Positions 1 to 18,493 of a stretch of DNA of 64,000 nucleotides are shown piece by piece (the stretch's first letter is position 1; the number at the start of each line of letters is the position of its first letter). The DNA is taken from NCBI RefSeq assembly GCF_009914755.1, contig NC_060935.1. The stretch is one strand, 5' to 3'. A program made the translations under genes and the position numbers. This DNA comes from the human T2T-CHM13v2.0 reference genome, Homo sapiens. The notes under the pieces are model-generated. The model made no database searches. It saw nothing but the letters and a program-made list of their open reading frames with translations, and was not told the origin of the DNA.

Positions 1-677
1 AGCAGGCAGAAACTTCATAATTTCAGAACCGTAAACTATAATTAATAAAAAATAAATTTGAAAACCATACTAAAGGAAAGACTGTGCTATCTCCTCTATC
101 AAAAATGATAGTAAAAAAGTCATTATCATCTGAAGAAACAATCAAAAAGCATTCAGGAAAAACGTGTAAAAAATAATTAAAGATGGATGTCAGGCTGATA
201 ATAAAAAGATTGCAAAAAAATAAATACCATATGTTTTCACTTATAAGTGGGAGCTAAGAATTGAGCACATATGGACATAAATATGGGAACAACAGACACT
301 GTGAACTACTGGAGGAGGGGGAGAGAGGTGGGTTAAAAAACTACCTATCAGGCACTATACTTACCACCAGGGTGGTGGGATCTGTATTCCAAACCTCAGC
401 ATCACACAATACTCCCAAGTAACAAATATTCACATGTAGCCCTGTATCTAAAATAAAAGTTCAAGTTTTTAAAAAAAGATTGTATTATTCTTTTGAGAAT
501 TGTAATATTTGTGGATATTGTCAGCTTTGTAAACTTTGTAATATGTGATTTATTTTCTCATTCTAAATAAATACTGATTTTAATAAAAACTTTTGAATTT
601 TAACTTTGTATCATTTTTCTTAAAGAGGGGCTCATATGTTGACTAGATTAAGAGCTCAAAAATCTAGGACCCACTAC
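1..677 (+). mobile_element. Zaphod-like hAT-Tip100 DNA transposon 3' part, interrupted by an L1
   Basis: Degenerate transposase C-terminus and 3' end (TTCTCATTCTAAATAAATA...TTTCTTAAAGAGGGG) resembling the Zaphod consensus. Confidence 0.65.
213..472 (+). mobile_element. 5'-truncated L1PB-type 3' UTR with TSD AAAAAGATTG
   Basis: CACTTATAAGTGGGAGCTAA...AAACCTCAGCATCACACAAT...TCTAAAATAAAAGTT; TSD copies at 203-212 and 473-482. Confidence 0.85.
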
Positions 678-2889
678 TCTTTTGCACAAAGTTCAAAGAC
701 ACAATCTGGGAGAAAATATTACCACATAGGCAACCGACAAAAGTAATATAGAGAGCATATAAATATATCTTTATATCTTCCAAGATATAAAAGTCTAGAA
801 AATCTGTATTATCAGGGCCATGAGAGGGTTATAATAATTAAGGCTTTTTTCTTGTATGATATATAAGTAATTAAAACAGAAAAATATCATATTTCAGGGT
901 ATTTTCATGGATGCTAAATTACTTGTACACACCATCAAAAAGTTAGCTGAATGTGTTTTTAGATAATGCAGTCTACATGAAAATAGTGACAGATTTATTC
1001 TTGGCCTTTTAGTTCTATATGAGAACCCAGAAAAACAAACATATTGCACCATTAGGCATCAAAGTGAAAAAATAGTGGTGAATGATTGATAATCCATAGT
1101 ATAGTTTACCAAGTGAAAAGTACTGACATGTTAGTGCAAAAACTCTTCTTAAAAATAAAACTAGGTTAGAATCACCAAAAATGAAATCATTGCAATGTCT
1201 AAATCTTTAAAATTCCAAGCAGAAAAATGGGTGTTGACTCAGATGTGTAATAACATCAGCAGGTTTTCTCCATCATGTCCTGTGTCAAGGCAGATGTGCC
1301 CTCCAGCAAGTGCTAAGCCACAGACCTATAGCTATCCCCTGAGGGCTAATGGTAATGCTTCCAACTTGCTACTAAAAGCCTGAAATAAGCATCATCTAGT
1401 GAATACTGCTAAACTCAGTTTATTTGTTGCTAAAAAAAATCTGAGAGGTGACAGATAATATGTTTGTCATTTGCCTTTTGATTCTCTTTTTCAAATCCAG
1501 ACAAAACGCCAACACCTAATTGTCAGCATTCAAGAGAACCTGAAAGTTATCAAGTGCAATATCCCATTAGTGTTTAAATCCTCCCTATGAAATGCCCACC
1601 AGGTGTTCATCAAGCTGATTGTACACCAGCATGGCAGAGATCCAGGCCTATGGTGCAGAGCAGAAGTAGTACAATAAATCAGTAGGGAGAAGATTACTTT
1701 TTATGGGAGAAGATTATTTTTATATACATCATCCATTTATTGCTATAGCTGACTTCCATGTGATAAAGGAGGAAGAGTCTTACCTTATACAAAAGATTCA
1801 AAAATAAATTACGTATGGATTAAAAACTATAAAAAATTACTCTTGGAAGAAAATCTAGAAGAATAGCTTTATGATCATGGAATAAGAAAAGATTCTTAAA
1901 GTTTATACCATTTTTTAAACGAAGAGTTATGGAGTACTTTCTATATGCCTGGCACTATTCGATTTGTTTTATAAATACTAGCTCAGTAAATCTTCATTAA
2001 AAGAACAATATAATACTATTCCTCATTAATAGGCTCTTCACTAAAAGAAGAATAGAGTACTGAAATTTGAGTATTCTTATTAACTTTATTTTAAAGATGA
2101 GTGGTGGAGCTAGAATACAAACTCAGGTAATCTAACTTTAAAGTGTATTCTCTTAACTGCACTCTGCTACCTCAAAAAGCATAACCCTTAAAAGAAAATA
2201 TTGATAAACTTGACTACATAAATGTAAAATTGATGTCAAAAAAAAAAAAAAAAAGAGACAAGCTTTGAACTGGAAAGAAGATATCTGAGACACACATCTG
2301 AGAAAGGATGTATAGCAATACAGGAAGCACAACTGTGAGCTCCCAGAGAGCAGAACTCCCATGGGCTGGAGAAGGAGAGTCTAGGCCTGAGGGGAGTCTA
2401 GGCAGTGCACCACAGTGTCTACTCCAGTGGCCTTCCAGCTGCTTCTCCAACAGAGATCATTCTACTTGAAGGTGTTTCTAGCTGCTACTCATGTGCCTGT
2501 CACACCCTTCCTCCAGGGCTTTTGCATGGTAGGCTTCTTTGTATCATTCTTGTTTCTGTCTAAACATCCTTTTCTTGAAAATATCTTCCCTGGCCAAACC
2601 CTCTAAAATAGTACTCCATACCTCTCCAACCTTTCGCATATGACCGGTTTTCCCATTAAATTTTTACAATTAAGATTTATTTCAAATCTTAATTTTAAAG
2701 GTAATGGTATAACAAAAATTTAATGCTATCAGTTTGCCATATTTATGCCTGATCATACTCTTTGAATAAAGTAAAACATTACAGATGCCTCTAAAGCATC
2801 CTGAGTACAACTACCGCCAGTGCCACCTCCTTCCCTCCTTCCCTCCCCAGGGGAACTGCCATCCTGGAATTGCCATGTATCTACGCGAC

Positions 2890-3310
2890 AGGCTGCTACT
2901 TCCAAAGCCATCTCTACTTCTTCCTTGTAAACAGAAGGCAGTTTCATTGGGGATAGTGATGTGCCCAACCATATGACATTTCCCCGACTTCCTTGCAGAT
3001 AGAATTAACTATGTAATTCTGTTCTAGTCAGTGAAATGTAAGTAGACTTTGCTGAGTGAAACTCCTAAGAAAACTAAAGGTTGCCAGTTTCCATTAGAAC
3101 ACAACTTTTTGTCCTTTACCCTTGTCCTTCTTCCTGTCTGGGATGTCCAGATCTGGAGCAATCGTCTTGTCCCATGAGTTACTGTGGCTGAGTAAATAGA
3201 TAGAAAGAGCACAAGAGTTGGGACCTTGATGTCCTTGAGGAGACACTCAACCAACCTGGGACTTCCTATGGCAAGAGAAAAGTAAACTCTGAATAAGTTT
3301 AAGCCACATT
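2890..3310 (+). mobile_element. Old MaLR LTR (MLT1J/K-like)
   Basis: CATTTCCCCGACTTCCTTGCAG...CTTCTTCCTGTCTGGGATG...AAGTTTAAGCCAC motifs. Confidence 0.55.
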
Positions 3311-3349
3311 TTTTTGGTGTGTTTTAGATCCTTCATGAGTATAGGATCC

Positions 3350-6385
<3,036 letters not shown>

Positions 6386-7129
6386 TGATTTCTAATCTTA
6401 AGCCCTTCAGATTCTTGTCTACCCTTTCACTAACGTGGATGGATATAGAGATATATTACTATTTAGAAATATATATTATTCTTCTACTTTAAAAATATTT
6501 TATGAAAGCATTGCTCACATCTATAAAAATGCACATACTACAATAGTACATCTCAATGAGTTTTCACAAAATGAACACACTTGGGTACCCAGTTCCAAGA
6601 TGAAAACAACCACCACAACAAAAATAACCCAGGACACTACCAGCACCCCAGAAAATCTCCCTGTACCGCTTTGCAGTCACTGCTTTGACTGCAGATTTCT
6701 AGAGGGAGTGATTAGTTTGGCTAGTTTTATGTTTTAAATGAATGTAATAATCACAACTTCAGCAATAATAAAGTATTCTGCTTTTGTGTCTGGCTTCTTT
6801 TACTCAATGTCATGTATCTGAGATGCATCTGTGTGTTGCTACCTGTAGTTGTAAATTGTTTATTCTCATTGATGTCTGGTATTCCATTGTGTGACTACAC
6901 CTCAATGTATTTCTCCAGTGCACTTTAGAAGGCTTTGAAGTAGTTTTCAGTTTGGAGTTCTCATGTATAGTGCTGATGTGAACATTCTTGTGCATATCTT
7001 TTGGGAATCATGCATGTGCATTTCTGTTGACTATAAGACAAAGGATGAGATTACTCAGTCGTGGACTTTTATAATATTCAGCTTTGGTCTACATTTCAAA
7101 GACATTTTCCAAACACCATTTATACTCCT

Positions 7130-7508
7130 TGTAATGGTTAATTTTATGTGTCAACTTTGCTATGGCAGGGTACCTAGATATTTCATCAAATATTACTCTC
7201 GGTGTTTCTGTGAAGTTATATTTTAGATGAGATTGACATTTAAATCAGGACTTTGAGTAAAGTAGATTATTCTTCACAATGTGGGTGGGCCTCATATAAT
7301 CAGTTGAAGGCCCTACCTGCCTGGAGGAAGTGAGAATTCTGTCAGCAGACAGACTTCATACTCTTCTCTGAGTCCCCAGCCTGCCAGCTTACTCTGCAGA
7401 ATTTGGACTTGCCAGCCTCCACAACTGTACGAGCGAAATTTCTTAAACCTCTTCTTACACATACACATTCTATTGATCCTTTTTCTCTGGAGAACCCTGA
7501 CTAATACA
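7130..7508 (+). mobile_element. MLT2 (ERVL) solo LTR inserted in an old L1
   Basis: TGTAATGGTTAATTTTATGTGTCAACT...GGAGAACCCTGACTAATACA; 5-bp TSD CTCCT/CCCCT. Confidence 0.88.
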
Positions 7509-8214
7509 CCCCTACCAGCCAGTGTTTGAGAGGTACTTTTCGTCCTCCACATTCTGCATAAACTTGATATTTTCTGTCTCTCATTTTAGCAGTCTGCTGG
7601 GTGTAGTGTCACTTGTTTTAGCAGCGTACTATAGACAACATAAGACATTTGGCTTTCATTTGACTTTAAGAGCTGTAGATTTTCTATTTTATGTGTATAG
7701 AAACTTTTATGTAATTGTCTTCTAATAATGGACATTTAGATTATATCTAGTTTTTCATTATTATAAATAATGCTGCACTGAAAATATTGCACATAAATAT
7801 TTTAAAATCTTGTGTTTCTCTATGCTACATTTCTAACACTGAAAATTTGGGCCATAAATATACCTATGTAAAATGATGGTCAATATTTCCAAAGTGTTCT
7901 CTGCATATATACCAGTGGCAAATAATAATGCCTAACTCTCCACACCATTACCAAGTAATATGTATTTTAAAAACCCACCTATTTTTTATTTTAATTTCAT
8001 TTGCATTTCTTCAGTTACTTGCCAGTTTGACTTCTTCAAATGAGTAGTGGTCATGAATATTTCTTTTATTAATTTTCTGTTTATATCTTTTACCTACTGG
8101 TTCTATCGAGTTAGTTTGTCCCTTTCCAAATCATGGCAAGAATTCTGTATGCATTATAGATATTACTGAATAAATCTTTTATGATGCAAATATTATTCTA
8201 GTTTTTTGTATGTT

Positions 8215-8460
8215 AAGGAGGCAATGCAGTGTACAGGTTAAGTATATAGGTTTTGGAATCAACGTTTGATTATAAGACTTAGCTTTGTCACTTACTAGCT
8301 GGGTAACATTGGTGAAGTTATTTAACCCCCTCAAAACCTCAGTTTTCACAAGTGTAAAGTACAGATAATAGTAGTTTCCCCCATAACGGAGTAATTGTAA
8401 GAATTGTGTTGCACGTAAAGCACCTAGCCATTATCTATCTTAGAAAACTGCTTATTATTA
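8215..8460 (+). mobile_element. MIR SINE
   Basis: CACTTACTAGCTGGGTAAC...CCTCAGTTTTC...GTAAAGCACCTAGC. Confidence 0.8.
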
Positions 8461-9185
8461 TAACTATTTCTCTTGTAACTTTGTATGATTTCTTAGGCAG
8501 CTGAGAAAATTTTAGTTTTTATATAAATTAGTCAATCTTCCTCATGACTTCTCATTCTTATGCCATCCCCTAAGATAATAAAATATCGCTCTTTGGTTTC
8601 TTCTAGTATTTACACAACTTTAAGTTCTTCCTTTAGATTATCAAGCCATATGAAATTTATTTTTATATGCTATAGAGATTTACATTCATCTTCCACCAGA
8701 TAGAGAGCCAAATACTCAAAAGTCATTTTTCTAATAATCAGTCATTCCCTCACAGACTTTAAATGTCACCACTTTAATTCTAAAATAATATTTGTACTTT
8801 GATCTGTTTCTGGACTCTTTCTTTTGTTCCCATTGATATAATTCCTCATTTTTACACTGGCACCTTACTTTTGTAAGTTTTAAAAATGGCAATTTTTAAA
8901 CATCTGCTAGGCAACTCTTTTATTATTCTTTACAGTAGATTCTCAATTATTATTCCAAATGTACACTTTCAAGTAAAATAATCAGCTGGCAGTCAATCTT
9001 CTTATTGATTTTTAGTTCATTTTGATCTTTTAATCTCTTCAATGATGTTTTGATTTGAAGACTATATGTCCTCTAATTTATCTGGAATGCAGAGGTTTTG
9101 ATTTCAAGATTTTCTTTTTTGTAGTTTCTATGAATATGTTTCATATTCTCTCCTTTCTGGTTCTCATTAATCTATAATAGGGGAG

Positions 9186-9270
9186 CAGGGCTGCTACCTG
9201 TAGCTGCACAGGTTATGTACTGTACAACTCTGTGGAGCATCGTTTATGGAGATGCAGCACAAATCTTGCA
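9186..9270. mobile_element. MER91-like hAT fragment
   Basis: CAGGGCTGCTACCTGTAGCTGCACAGGTTATGTACTGTACAA resembles the MER91 terminus. Confidence 0.45.
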
Positions 9271-9724
9271 AAACTGTTAGGCAGCAGGCTAAGGATCTGT
9301 TGTATGGGATCTTTTATTTACTGAAGAGTTGGCATGGAGTAATTCTCCTTGATTTTCACCTATGGATACCTGGACACTATTTCAATTGCGGCATAATAAA
9401 CTGAACTAGAGAATCATTTGTCTTAGCTTATAATCTTTGTATAGTCCTTCAGTTATTGTCAAGAGACGGGATACAAGGATTGTAGCAACCAGTACACTGG
9501 GCAACCTTAATTCGGAGACATTGTTTCACAGTGCTGTGGCAGAAATTTCAAACTGTTCTCCAAACGGATTTCCTCTCTTGTCTGAGCACACACTTACGCT
9601 ATGCTGCCCAGCCCCCATTGCAGTTATGTGTGGACACACAACAAGTTCTCACCAGGGGAATGTGAGCTGAATCATGTGTCATTTCCAGGATGAAGTGGTT
9701 AGCAGGCAGACAAGCCTTTTCCAC

Positions 9725-10490
9725 TGTGCTATGATGAAAAAATACATTTGGTCTTTGTCCTGGGTTCCTGGCACACCAGCTTTTAAAACCTTTGGCGTCT
9801 TGTAAGTGATAAATGTCTTTTGTATGCTAATGAGATAACTGGGAGAGTGGGGACCATACATAGTTTCTGGATGGGATTTGGTTGCCAGAAAGGCCAAGCC
9901 ATGATTAAAAGATTAGAACTTTCAACCCCACTCCCTGATCTCTGGGGAGGAGAGAGGGAGATTGAGTCAATCACCAATGCCCAGTGATTTAACCAACCAT
10001 GTTTATGTAATGAAACCTCCATAAAAAATTCTAAATGATGGGGTTCAGAGACCTTCTGGGTTGGTGAACACATTGAGGTACTGGAGGGTGGTGTGCACAG
10101 GAGGTCATGGAGGCTCCACATACCTCCTCCCATACCTGGCCCTACGCGTCTCTTGCATTTGGCTGTTCCTGGGCTGTATCCTTTATAATAAATGGGGAAT
10201 AGTAAGCAAAGCACTTCCGTGAGTTCTGTGAGTCATTCTAGTAAATTTAGTAAATTATTAAACTTGAGGAGTGGGTTTTGGGAACCCCTGATTTATAGCC
10301 AGTCAGGCAGAAGTACAGGAGGCAACCTGAAACTTATTATTGAGTCTGAAGTGGGGCAGTCTTGTGAGACTGAGCCCTTAACCTATGGGATCTGTCATAG
10401 CTCTGGATAGTTAGTGTCAGAATTGAATTGTATTGCTGGACACCCAGTTAGTTTTGGAGAATTGGAGAGGTGGTGTCAAAGGACACCACA
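9725..10490 (+). mobile_element. MER21-family LTR nested in an older MLT1 LTR (about 9535-9724 and 10491-10700)
   Basis: GGTCTTTGTCCTGGGTTCCTGGCAC...TATGCTAATGAG...GAGTTCTGTGAGTCATTCTAG...GTGTCAGAATTGAATTG. Confidence 0.8.
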
Positions 10491-11939
10491 TCTACCCTTT
10501 AGCTTTCTATCTTCTGGGTAAATACAGAGGACTCCGAGGCCCCAGAGGAAGGTGAAACCACAAGACAGCCGGAACCTGTGGCCCTAAATAAGGTAGATAA
10601 TAAACACCTACCAAGAATATTTGCATTAGACTGTTATGTGAGGAAGAAATTGTTTTTTGTTGTGTTAAACCACACAGATTGGGTGTTTGTTATGGGACAT
10701 GCTGCCAAGTAAAATGTAGAATCAACTAGTCAAATCAACATGTGCCATGATCTCTCCCACTTTTCCTTACTGGGTTTTAGTGTCTTTTTTGTCTGTTACT
10801 CTCTTTATTGATGTTTTGAGTCACATATTACATGCCCTCTTTAACTTTCCTGAAAATGTAAAGAAGTTTTTATTTCAACTTAGGATAAAACCATAGGATA
10901 TTATTAGCAATATCCTAATTAATATTAACAGTTGCCACCAAATATAACAAGTTTTAACCGGTGTCATAATTCTCCTCATTTTTTACCCTCCTTTAAGCCA
11001 AGTAGATAATTAATGGTTCAGTATGAAGCTCTTGGCTCACAATTAGTCCCATTAACTCATAAATCTTTTTTTAGTGAGGTAGCTTTAATTTTTTTGTTCA
11101 TTTGTTTTCATATCTGCTCAGTTAATTTTAGTCAATTGATGCCAAACTAATCTGATGGCTAAGCTAACCTTCTTCTAGGAATTGAATGTTTGTATTTCAT
11201 CCTTATTTTCCTTATCTCCTGCTACTTTCCCCAGTGTAGTCCTCCAAATATATCCTGCATGATTTCTTGTCCTTACCTTTGCTCCTGCTATGACTTAGTC
11301 TGGAACAATTTCCTTTGCCTTTACCATCCCTGAAAAGCTTAACTAATCCTTGCATAGTCAGCTGAAACCCCACTTTCTCCAAGAGAATGTTATTAAACTT
11401 TTCCTTTCTCACATTTCTTCATGGCTTCTATCATATTACTTTCTTAATATTGCATTATAGCTATTTACATGTTTATCTCCACCTCTAAATTATCTCCTGG
11501 AGAGTAGGAAATATGTCTTACTTGTTGTATTTTCTTCATGCCTGCCGTGGAGCCTAGAACAGAGCACACATTATGAGATAGGCATTGATTCAATAGTCCT
11601 GCCAATTAATGTGTTCAATAAATATCATTTGGCCATTTACTATCCACCAGACATCTAATAGAAAGGATTGTATTTCAAAGTTACTTTTATGAGTGAAGAG
11701 CAGCCCTAGTGCCTGACCCACAGTATATTCTCAATAGGTATTTCATTATTGAATGTGGTGATTAGAGGGGGGATTTGCAAACAGCCTGACTTGATAAATC
11801 AACCATAAATTCTCCTACTCGGCCACTTCCCAACACAGAAAATGTAGAAAATGTGAAATTTTCTTTGCTACGACCACTCTGATCAAAACATATCCCAAAT
11901 ACATAGGCTCAGTAACTCATCAAAAATTAGTGAGATTGC

Positions 11940-13600
<1,661 letters not shown>

Positions 13601-14549
13601 GAAAATGTATGCCAAAAAAAAAAGAATAAAACAGTCTGTGGAATTTTCTATCATCTTAAATTATCAACTTCCATATTCAGTCCCAAGTATGCTTTTTCCA
13701 CAGGGCTTGCTTACCTCCACCACCTTGAGTGAATTCTTTTATGGCACTTGGTCACACTGGGCACTCTGGTCTCCTCTTCATTACCGTTCACTAGACTGGT
13801 TTTACTTAGATGTGCTTATTTTTACAACCTGCATTTTAACCACCAGAATAGAGGCATAAATGCCATAGGCACATTTCAGCACATCCATTGTTCATGCTGA
13901 CAGAAATGTGAGGTCAGGTTATCGGAACCCTTAGTAGATGTGATAGTATAATTTGTTTTGTTTGTCCCATTGCATTATGTTGATTATTATAAAAGCTTCT
14001 ATTTGTTATACAAACCAAGTGATAATACATTAGCATATATTTTCTCATAGCCTACACTCTAAAGTCTACACACATAAAATATATTTTATCTTATTTTGAA
14101 AATTAAAACATTTCAAAATTATCAATCATTTCTTTAAATATTGCAAATATATTTAGCCGTGAGAAGTGAAAGACAAATATTGTGATGTATTCGTATAAAC
14201 ACAGTATACTCTATGTAGGAAACCAAATTATCTGTTAGGGAAAACACAGTATGTTTATTGCCATCTGCCTAGATAAGTAAAAAATATATAAATCAAGTAA
14301 CTGAAGGAGAAATGAAAACCAAAGATATTCTTTATATGTATTAGGGAAAGAAATATTATTGCTCAACTATTTGGGTGCTTCCTTTGGAATGGAAGAACTT
14401 TTAATATAAGTATGCACCTTATAACTCAGCTTGAACTACTATTATTATTAACTAATAATGCAATATTATTGGCACTTCTTTGGTCATTTACTATAGGAGC
14501 TAGAGGCATACATTACTGGAACATAAAATGGGAAATTTGTTTGGCTAGC

Positions 14550-14926
14550 TTATCTGACAGTTGCCTACATGCCTGAAGCCCATAAACGCTATGACTGTCC
14601 AGGATGTATCAGCCTGCTCACACCATGACAACCCAGGTGACATTAAAGCAGCACATGTTTGTCTACAGGTACCATAATGGACCGTATCAATCCAATGTGT
14701 GTTAGTGTGTATGTGCCATGCCAGTCCATTATGCTGTGACAGCCACATGTATCAATCTCCATGCACAACTAATTAAATACATGACAGCACAGCACATGTC
14801 AGCCTTGTTGCACTTTGACAGCCATTTTACACTGTGGGGGACCAGTGTGTGTCAGGTGTCAATCTCACACACCATGACAGACTCCTATATGTAGTAATAT
14901 ATTATATATTATATATACATAATATA

Positions 14927-14985
<59 letters not shown>

Positions 14986-15345
14986 GCATGTGCTTTGAAA
15001 GTTCAGTATATACCATGAGAGCCTTGCATGAACCATAGTAGCCATTTTACAGGAGCAGGGGGTTGAGTGGGGGAGCATTCTGTGACATTCTACATGCACC
15101 ACGACAGTCCAGTGGATGTTAAACATCTTAGCAGACCAGAATGCAATGTGACAGCTCAGCATGTGGCATCCTGCTTGTATTCTAACAGTCTATGTACACT
15201 GTGGTAGCCCAGAGTTTATCAGCCTGCATGCTCCATCACAGCCACCACATACTATAACAGCCCCCCAGGAGCCATTCAGCATGTGCAATGACAAGTATAG
15301 ACTGTAATCACCCAGTTGGTGGAAGTCTGCATGTACCAGGACCAT
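14550..15345 (+). repeat. Highly degenerate array of a CACCATGACAGCC-like unit
   Basis: About 15-18 variants of the unit recur on one strand (see findings). Confidence 0.6.
14900..14983. repeat. (TA)n microsatellite
   Basis: Long, nearly pure TA run. Confidence 0.97.
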
Positions 15346-16659
15346 CAATACATATTGTTAGAGTTTATAATATATCAAGCCCTTCATTCTAGCAATGCAA
15401 TGGTGTGGTATCTTTTTGTGTGTGCATATATGTGTATGCTTAACTTACCTCGATTGATTTTAGCTGCATTTCTTTCCATTGCCTATGTTTTAAGTTCCTT
15501 GCTTTCTGTTCCCATTTGCTTTAAGTGTTTATGTCTTCTTTCCTATAATCTATCTCAGCATTTGCCGTTCTCATTCCCAGAGGCTGCAACAGCCTATTGA
15601 CCAGCTATCTCTTAAATTCTTTTTTTGAACTAAGGTGCAGAATGTATAAGTAAATAAACAAGGTCATTTTGGAGGCTGACAGATTTTATAGTCTAGCCTC
15701 CCATCCTCTTTTTTAAATACCTACAATTATAATCACACACACTCACACACACACACAATGGCACACATATCACATGTTTTAAGACCCTTAAGGTTTCCCA
15801 TTGCTATAGAAACAGCTTAACATCACTGCCATTGTCTTCCAAGTTTTTCCCAATTTTTCTCTGTAACTCATTTTGTATTATACTTTTTCCCATTCCATGA
15901 ACAAAGCCCTGAACTTTCCTACCCCTGGACCTTGGTTTGCCCTCTGCCCTTTGGGTAAAATGTACATCTCTATTCTCTTTCAAAGTTTGATATATCTCTA
16001 ACTGTTACTGTTAATTTTCCTTTTCCATTGCCTCAAATATCTGGATATCTGACAGTCAGAGGAGTCGTATTTCACTAGGGGGATAGAGCTCATATTAAGT
16101 ATTTGGTCCTACATGTGCCCTCACATGTGCCCTCACATTTTAGAAGTATATTAGTCCAGGACAATATCTTCTAACAAGTGACACCTCCTTTTAACCTTCA
16201 GTTTCAAAAGAGAAGATTTCTCTACCCAAATATACCTGTTAACCAGCAACACTGCAAAAGACATGTATAATTTACTAAGATTATTTTATTAATTTGTAAT
16301 ATGAGGAAACTGAGTGGTCTCATCTACTTCAAATCACTGGAATAAGTTTTTTACCACCTCCCTATTCCTTGGAAGAAATCATTACTATTCACAAGTTTTG
16401 TATTGTATAACCAATATTTTCTTAAGGTTATGAGAAAAATTTCTGTCTATTACAATCAAAGGCTCATATTTTAATGAAGTTCAGACTCTATTAGTCATTT
16501 TTAGTGTTTTATTCAGCCTACTAATACATTTGAATTTGAGCCCCACCACTTAGTATCTCTTTGAATGTGGGGCAGGTCTGAGCCTCAGTTTCTTAATTTG
16601 AAACATAGGGAAGTTGATAAAACCTACCTCATAGCGTTGTGAGAGTTAAATTATATTAT

Positions 16660-18285
16660 TCATGCTCTCAACAAATATTTATTGAGTACCTGCTACAAGC
16701 CAGTAAGTATTAAGTGCATCGGACATACTTATGGACAAAATAAGAAAAAGAATTTCCTGTCCTCCAGAAACTTGTAATTCTAGTAGATAGTAATCATTAC
16801 AGTGTAACGTAAGCGTTATGGTGGCATAGAGCAAGTTAAGAGGGTCTGTGAGTTCTGGGATGAGGGTGGGGAGGCTGCCACTGAGAAAGTGGCATTTCAA
16901 CAATCTCGAAAAAGGTACTGACTAAACAGACAAACACCTGGGAGAAAAAGAGTGCTGTAGGCATGGGGAACAGCTAGCAGAAAAACCTAAATTTTCAAGA
17001 AACTTTAACCTTGTTCATGGAATGACAAGGAGTCCAATGTGGCTGGAGTAGAGTAACTACGAGGAAAGGTAAAAGATAAAATCAGAGGGTGGCAGAGACC
17101 CAGATCACGTGAGGTGTTATTGGTCATTGCAATAACCATGGTGTTACTCTCAGTGAGATAAAATACCACTGGAGAGTTTTGAGCAAGGGGAGGACATGAT
17201 CTCATGTAAATTCAAAGGATTTGCATTGACCACTGTGGCTGTGTTGAGATTGAATAGCAGAGAGACAAGGGTGAAAGCCTAAAGGCCAGTTAGAAAGCTA
17301 ATCCAAGTGGGAGATGATCATCAAAGTGAATGTGGAGAAAAGTAGTCAGATTCTAGATATATGCTGAACACAGATATTAAAGGATTGATTTACTGATGGA
17401 TCAATGTGAGCTATGAGAGAGGGCAGTCAATGACGACTGCAAGGCTTGAGCATGAGCGATGGGAAAGATGCCCTTAGCTGGATGGTCTAGAGCACAGGTG
17501 GAGCAGAGAGGGCTGGGCAGGAGAGGAGGCTCAGTTTTGGGCATGATAAATTTGAGGTGCCTATTTGACATTCAAGAAAAGAGGTTGAAAATGTAGTTGG
17601 ATATGTGAGTCAGGAGTTCAGGGGAGATGTCTAAACTGGAGAGATAAATTTAGGAGTTTTTCTTTTATAGGTGATATTTAAAGCCATGAGAGACAAGTCC
17701 CCAAGGGATAGAGAATAAGCAAAGCAAAGTCCATGGCCTGAGCCCTGAGGTGCTACAGCATTAAGAAATCAGGAGAGGAGGAAGTGCCAACACAGGATGC
17801 TGAGGAATGGTAAGGAGGATGGAGGGAATCCAAGAGAGGGAAGCCAAGTGTCCAATCCTACGGACTAGATGTGAAATTAAATACTGGTTCAAAAGGAATT
17901 AAATATGGAATTAAACATTGAGTTATTAGATTTAGCAATCATGAGGTCATTACTGATCTTAAAAAGTGTTTTTGGGGACTGATGAAAGCAGTCTGACTGA
18001 ATTTGAGAGAAAATCAAAGAGAATTATATACGGCAAGTATACACAACTATTTCAAAAAGTTTTGCTGAAAGCTGAGCAGAAAAAATGGCACAGTAACTGG
18101 AGACAGAAAGTAGGTTTGATTTTTTTTGTTTTTTTGTTTTTTTTTCAATAGGAGAAATGATACTATGTTCATAGGCTGATAAGGGAGCTCCAGTAGAGAG
18201 GGAAATTATTATTTCAGGAGCAAGAGGGAAGAATTGCTAAAACAATGTTCTTGGGTGACAAAAAAGGGGTGGGATCTAGCACATC
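16660..18285 (-). mobile_element. L2 LINE 3' region
   Basis: CAACAAATATTTATTGAGTACC terminus followed by purine-rich L2 body motifs (TTTTGAGCAAGGGAGGACATGATC, GTTGGATATGTGAGTC). Confidence 0.85.
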
Positions 18286-18493
18286 TACTGGTGTTCTTGA
18301 GCCCCACTCACACAGGCTCCCAAGAGTGGGTCATTAGCATCTCTTACCAACTCCATGTTCAGTGACATCATGTTGTCAGCTTGTAAGAGGCCGAGGTTGG
18401 ACTATTTACACCACATACATTGGCAAATACTGCAAATATGGACTTTTTTATCCTAAAAGAGTAGGGTGTTAAACATTTATGAGGATACCACTG
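18286..18493 (+). mobile_element. MER63A-like hAT-Blackjack element
   Basis: GCATCTCTTACCAACTCCATGTTCAGTGACATCA...TGTTAAACATTTATGAGGATACCACTG. Confidence 0.75.

Noticed and set aside
9783-10214. 143-aa ORF (also 43145-43609 and 25637-25939)
   Set aside because: They lie wholly or mostly inside solo LTRs and show no gag, pol or env similarity.
14550-15345. CRISPR-like repeat-spacer array
   Set aside because: Human DNA; the units are degenerate and irregularly spaced, with no cas genes.
16111-16138. Short tandem duplications (ACATGTGCCCTC x2; others near 1684, 25075, 33229, 45470, 59107)
   Set aside because: Ordinary slippage micro-duplications with no sign of function.
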